32,000 nucleotides of DNA from Planctomycetota bacterium (GTDB taxonomy: Bacteria; Planctomycetota; Brocadiia; Brocadiales; Brocadiaceae). Made by a program: the position numbers and the translations under genes. Shown one piece after another: positions 28,041-32,000 of this stretch. Where the stretch lies: contig JACPHJ010000152.1 of the NCBI GenBank assembly GCA_016188675.1, positions 39,372-71,371 on the forward strand, in the 5' to 3' direction. The number at the start of each line of letters is the position of its first letter. Position 1 is the first letter of the stretch. The notes below the pieces were generated by a model that was given only the letters and a program-made list of their open reading frames with translations, had not been told where the DNA came from and did no database searches.

Positions 28041-29327
28041 ATGCGTATTGGACAACGACTGGGAATTGGTTTTGGTATAATCCTGTTATTGATGATAGGA
28101 ATGACTATTTTTGTATCCTTTTCTTTGAATAAGATTGAGAAAATACAAAAAACAGTCGCTTCCCATGCCACCAACGTAAAGATCATCAATACGTTAAAGA
28201 AAAGTATTGATCGGTGGCTTATGACCGTGGAATATATTTTGGAGAAAAGGGACTTATCGCAATTGGATTACCACGAGATACTCGAAGCAACTATTGAAGG
28301 AGAATTAGATGAAATTGATTGGGACATTTATGGAGTAACAGCATTAAAACTTCGCGATGAAATTACACAAACCTTTAATAATATTGAGAAATTAGATAAT
28401 ACCGTACAGATGTCCCTTAGGTTGGGGAACAAGTCACCTGAGACAATAAATATGGATGACGCTATTAATTCATTCGAAGCAGATGCATCCCACATTACAA
28501 GGGTATTCGCAAGCCTTAATGAAATTGCCAATAAAACATATGAACAAGTGCTTGTCTATTCAAAAAAAACAGAAAAGAGAAGCTGGCTATCTATTTATGT
28601 CATTGTACCCATAGCAATAGGTTTCAGTATTTTCAATGGATTTGCTACAACGAGAAGTATAACAAATCCATTGAAACTGTTGTATACAGCAACAATAAAA
28701 ATTATCAATGGATCATTCGATGTAAAATTGAGCATAAAATCACCAACCGAAATAGAGGAACTTTTAAATACTTTTAATATTATGTCAGTGAAATTGAACG
28801 AGTCATATAAAAGACTTGAAACGTTATCTATAATAGACAAACTGACGGGTTTGTATAATAGAAGATATTTTGACGAGGCTTTAGAAAGAGAGGTATTAAG
28901 GGCAAAACGGTTTAATCAAGCCCTCGGTCTGCTCTTTATAGATATAGATAAATTCAAACATATCAATGACACTTATGGACATGATGAGGGCGACAAGGTA
29001 TTGCAGCGCCTGGGACAGTTAATAATTGGAAATATGAGAAACGGAATTGACGTAGCATGCCGATACGGGGGTGAAGAATTTACCATAATATTACCAGAAA
29101 CTCAAAGCTATGCTGCATTCAACATTGCCAATCGAATACTCAACAATTTCAGGAACATGAAATTTCACATCCCAACAAAGGACGTAATTGTTCAAAAGAC
29201 AATAAGTATCGGTATTGCAGAACTTGGACAATCGTTAGATGCAAAGACAATGCTTGTTAACGCAGACAAGGCAATGTATGAGGCAAAAAAACTGGGTGGA
29301 AATAGGATTTGTGAATATCGAGTGTAA
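28041..29327 (+). CDS. Membrane HAMP-GGDEF diguanylate cyclase
   Basis: N-terminal TM, periplasmic sensor region, second TM, HAMP (TTRSITNPLKLLYTATIKIINGSFDVKLS), GGDEF domain DKLTGLYNRRYFDEAL...FIDIDKFKHINDTYGHDEGDKVL...CRYGGEEFTIILPET. Confidence 0.93.
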   Translation: MRIGQRLGIGFGIILLLMIGMTIFVSFSLNKIEKIQKTVASHATNVKIINTLKKSIDRWLMTVEYILEKRDLSQLDYHEILEATIEGELDEIDWDIYGVTALKLRDEITQTFNNIEKLDNTVQMSLRLGNKSPETINMDDAINSFEADASHITRVFASLNEIANKTYEQVLVYSKKTEKRSWLSIYVIVPIAIGFSIFNGFATTRSITNPLKLLYTATIKIINGSFDVKLSIKSPTEIEELLNTFNIMSVKLNESYKRLETLSIIDKLTGLYNRRYFDEALEREVLRAKRFNQALGLLFIDIDKFKHINDTYGHDEGDKVLQRLGQLIIGNMRNGIDVACRYGGEEFTIILPETQSYAAFNIANRILNNFRNMKFHIPTKDVIVQKTISIGIAELGQSLDAKTMLVNADKAMYEAKKLGGNRICEYRV

Positions 29328-29355
29328 GGCGGGTTTATGTGAAATATAACGGTTT

Positions 29356-29382
29356 ACCGCAAAGACGCAAAGGGTGCAAAGG
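29356..29382 (+). repeat. Dispersed CGCAAAG-type repeat copy
   Basis: ACCGCAAAGACGCAAAGGGTGCAAAGG, related to the arms of the 25508-25708 element. Confidence 0.55.
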
Positions 29383-29417
29383 AAAACATAGGTGATATAA
29401 GGAGATTTACGATTTTA

Positions 29418-29465
29418 GAGTTACGATTTGGGATTTTAAAAATTGTAAATCCCAAATCGTAATTC
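29418..29465. terminator. Long AT-rich inverted repeat between convergent genes, possible bidirectional terminator or dispersed repeat
   Basis: GAGTTACGATTTGGGATTT ... AAATCCCAAATCGTAATTC; core 14 bp arms (29423-29436 and 29447-29460) perfect. Confidence 0.6.
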
Positions 29466-29470
29466 GTAAA

Positions 29471-30763
29471 TTAATGCTGCGGATGATCTGTGTGATGAAA
29501 AATGCCAAATAATTTCTTTATGGTCTCCACGTACCGGTATCCACCGCCGTTCTTTGCCTCCTGCTTGGCCACCTTTGCGGGATGGTGGAGAAGTTTGTTT
29601 ATGGCGCGTTCCATCGTATAAACGACCTGTTCCCAGTCTTCATTATCGAGGTTCTTTAATTTGGGCTTCAGGCGGTCCAGCTCTTCCTTGCCGATGGTAT
29701 GGAAATGATTACGTAAGTGGGTTATCGCCGGTTCTATTTTCATTTCCTCGAGCTTTGCCATGAAGTGCTCTACCTCTTCTTCAATAAGGACACGGCATTT
29801 TTCCACCTCTTTGTTTCGTTCGTCTATATTCTGGCTGACAACGGATTGAAGGTCGTCAATATTGTAAAGATACACGTTGTCAATATTGGCAACCTCCGGT
29901 TCAATATCCCTTGGAACGGCAATATCGATGAGGAACATCGGGTTTCCCCTGCGATGTCTGATGGCTTCTTTCACCTGGTCGGCATGGATTACATAATGGG
30001 GGGCAGACGTGGAGCTAATGACAATATCGGCCTTTTCAAGATGCTCTCCAAGCAGTTCGTATTTAATAGCCTGACCATGATATTCACTGGCAAGTTCCTG
30101 TGCACGCTCGAAGGTGCGGTTCGCAACAACAAAGGTGCGCGACCCTTCCTCGTAAAGATGTTTTAACAAAAGTTCGCACATTTCACCGGCGCCCACGACA
30201 AGTACAATCTTGCCGGTAAAATCCTGGAATATTTTTTCGGCAAATTCCACGGCAACGGAGCTTATGGAAACCTTCCGCTTGCCGATAGACGTCCTGGTAT
30301 GCACAATCTTGGCGGCATTAAGCGCCTGCTGAAATAGCTGGTTTAAAATTTTTCCCGTAGCCTCTTCCATGGCTGCCGTCGTGTATGCCTCTTTGACCTG
30401 TGAGAGGATTTGCGACTCACCAAGCACCATAGAATCAAGGCTTGCCGTAACAAAGAAAAGATGGTTTACTGCACGGTCATCGTTATAGTGATACATATAC
30501 GGAGAAAATGTATTTACATCAATCTTGTGGAAATCTGCAAGAAATGAAAGGACATCTTCTACCTTGACAGCGCCATCCCGCGATGAAATATATAGTTCGA
30601 CGCGATTACAGGTCGACAAAATAACGATCTCCGCATCTTGGTCCTGATATTTTTGTGAAAATAGAGACAAGGCGGTATTGATACTATTGGGATTAAACGC
30701 CAGTTTTTCCCTGACCTCTATGGGCGCTGACTTATGGTTCAATCCTACAACAAGGATACTCAT
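29471..30763 (-). CDS. hemA: Glutamyl-tRNA reductase
   Basis: MSILVVGLNHKSAPIEVREKLAF, VILSTCNRVELY, LDSMVLGESQILSQVKEAY, GKRKVSISSVAVEFA, VLVVGAGEM, IDIAVPRDIEPEV. Confidence 0.97.
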   Translation of the reverse strand: MSILVVGLNHKSAPIEVREKLAFNPNSINTALSLFSQKYQDQDAEIVILSTCNRVELYISSRDGAVKVEDVLSFLADFHKIDVNTFSPYMYHYNDDRAVNHLFFVTASLDSMVLGESQILSQVKEAYTTAAMEEATGKILNQLFQQALNAAKIVHTRTSIGKRKVSISSVAVEFAEKIFQDFTGKIVLVVGAGEMCELLLKHLYEEGSRTFVVANRTFERAQELASEYHGQAIKYELLGEHLEKADIVISSTSAPHYVIHADQVKEAIRHRRGNPMFLIDIAVPRDIEPEVANIDNVYLYNIDDLQSVVSQNIDERNKEVEKCRVLIEEEVEHFMAKLEEMKIEPAITHLRNHFHTIGKEELDRLKPKLKNLDNEDWEQVVYTMERAINKLLHHPAKVAKQEAKNGGGYRYVETIKKLFGIFHHTDHPQH

Positions 30764-30800
30764 AATCCAATCCTCAGTTCAAGCAAGCCGAAACAGAAAC

Positions 30801-30857
30801 ATTTTAGATTTACAAATTACGATTTATGATTTAAATCCCGAATCGTAAATCTAAAAT
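30801..30857. repeat. AT-rich inverted repeat upstream of hemA, related to the 29418-29465 element
   Basis: ATTTTAGATTTAC (30801-30813) perfectly inverted as GTAAATCTAAAAT (30845-30857), followed by CGTAATTCGTAA, which also follows the first element. Confidence 0.65.
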
Positions 30858-30914
30858 CGTAATTCGTAATTTTCAACTAAGAATTACAACAATTTAACTT
30901 ATCTTGTAAAATTG

Positions 30915-31784
30915 TCACTGCACATTCAAAACCTCTGTGTGCGTTTGTTCACTCACCTTCTGAAATGCGTGTTTTGATCCCATAAAGAAGGTTCCGATAA
31001 ACGTAAAAAGCACCAGGCAAAAACCTGCAATGGTCAGGCAAGCGATTTTGGTGCCATGAAATGATGCAATAAGCCGCATATGCAGCAATGCCGCATATAT
31101 CAACCAGGTTGCCAATCCCAAAATGACCTTATAATCAAGGTACCACATATCACCCAAAACATTTTGAGTCTTTACCCAAAAAGTACCAAATACAAGTCCA
31201 AGCGTAAGGAGTGGAAAACCAAACGAAATCGTCTTCCACATGAGCTTGTCAATTCCCTCCAGAGAGGGCAATTTATTAAAAAGAGAGCCAAATAATTTGT
31301 GCTTCAACTGCCTCTGTTGCGTTAAATACATGATACTCAGACTGAAAGATATGGTGAAAGCTGCGTATCCGACAAATATAGGGATGATGTGCGCTATGAG
31401 CCAGAAATTCTGAAGGCTTACGGTAATTAACAGATTTGCCCCGTCAAATGTAAGAGCCCATATTGAAAGCGCTGTAACGACAGGGATTAGAAATGTATCC
31501 AAAGACGGCAGCTTGTAAAGGTAGTCCAGATTTATGTAAACAAAGAGAACACACCATAGCAATGATACGAAGGATTCATACACATTTGTTATAGGGATGT
31601 TGCCTGATTCGAGTCCGAGGAATACTATAAAACCGCTGTGGACGAAAAAGCCCATCATCATCGTCCATTTGGCCACCTTTTTATCAAAAACACCGGGTTT
31701 TACGATGTATCCGATTGACCAAACGGAAGATATAAAATACAAAATTATGGTGATTATAAAGGGAATATGAGGTAACTGTATCAT
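30915..31784 (-). CDS. Cytochrome c assembly-type membrane protein (HemX/CcsA family)
   Basis: Eight-helix-type hydrophobic protein; NVYESFVSLLW; C-terminal FGTFWVKTQNVLGDMWYLDYKVILGLATWLIYAALLHMR corresponds to the CcsA/CcmF WWD region. Directly upstream of hemA on the same strand. Confidence 0.8.
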   Translation of the reverse strand: MIQLPHIPFIITIILYFISSVWSIGYIVKPGVFDKKVAKWTMMMGFFVHSGFIVFLGLESGNIPITNVYESFVSLLWCVLFVYINLDYLYKLPSLDTFLIPVVTALSIWALTFDGANLLITVSLQNFWLIAHIIPIFVGYAAFTISFSLSIMYLTQQRQLKHKLFGSLFNKLPSLEGIDKLMWKTISFGFPLLTLGLVFGTFWVKTQNVLGDMWYLDYKVILGLATWLIYAALLHMRLIASFHGTKIACLTIAGFCLVLFTFIGTFFMGSKHAFQKVSEQTHTEVLNVQ

Positions 31785-31942
31785 AGTAAATACTGTAAGA
31801 AATAACTATTCATTAATCAATAAAATTTTAAAACATCGTTCTTTGCGTTTTTAGTTTTTTTAATTGACAAAAGCTCTATTGTCCGATACCCTACATTTTA
31901 ACAATTCCATACTCATTGGATTTAAATAGGAGATGTTTGTTT

Positions 31943-32000
31943 ATGACAGAAGAAATAAAAATAACAAAAAAAACCAGTATCGGAGACGTAATAAAACAAT
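31943..32000 (+). CDS. Start of a protein cut by window end, possibly DUF1858-like
   Basis: TAGGAGatgtttgttt ATG; MTEEIKITKKTSIGDVIKQ.. resembles the 'itkdmtIgevl' start of DUF1858 proteins. Confidence 0.45.
   Translation, partial: MTEEIKITKKTSIGDVIKQ

Noticed and set aside
1-32000. tRNA, rRNA, transposase or integrase genes
   Set aside because: None could be recognised on either strand by eye; a tRNAscan/Infernal run would be decisive.

Overview
Gene-dense bacterial chromosome window. It reads as Gram-negative and anaerobe/planctomycete-like, but no taxonomic marker is present, so that is only an inference. (1) The left part carries a truncated DUF559-type ORF, a ParA-like ATPase, then a TonB-dependent receptor, an orphan ABC_sub_bind-type periplasmic protein, a very large multi-PAS/GAF sensor histidine kinase, a sigma-54 response regulator and a PAS-HD-GYP protein. 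(2) The centre holds a lipid/polyketide-type locus: AcpS overlapping a B12-binding radical SAM enzyme, a catalytically complete FabF-like ketosynthase, and a second ketosynthase in which all three catalytic residues are replaced (C to F, H to N, H to E). The second one looks like a chain-length-factor/KS-beta-like partner. Downstream are a 2,4-dienoyl-CoA-reductase-like Fe-S flavoenzyme, an enoyl-CoA hydratase-family protein and FabG. This is the best candidate for an unusual biosynthetic system. (3) The right part has a porin, a small PstS-like protein and a HAMP-GGDEF cyclase, repeating the 'outer-membrane barrel, orphan binding protein, membrane signalling protein' layout seen on the left. 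It is followed by convergent hemA and a HemX/CcsA-like gene. Intergenic regions carry several inverted-repeat/MITE-like elements, a 30-bp perfect palindrome, and a small reverse-strand gene whose conserved C-terminus is recoverable only across a single-nucleotide frameshift. No CRISPR, tRNA or rRNA was found.
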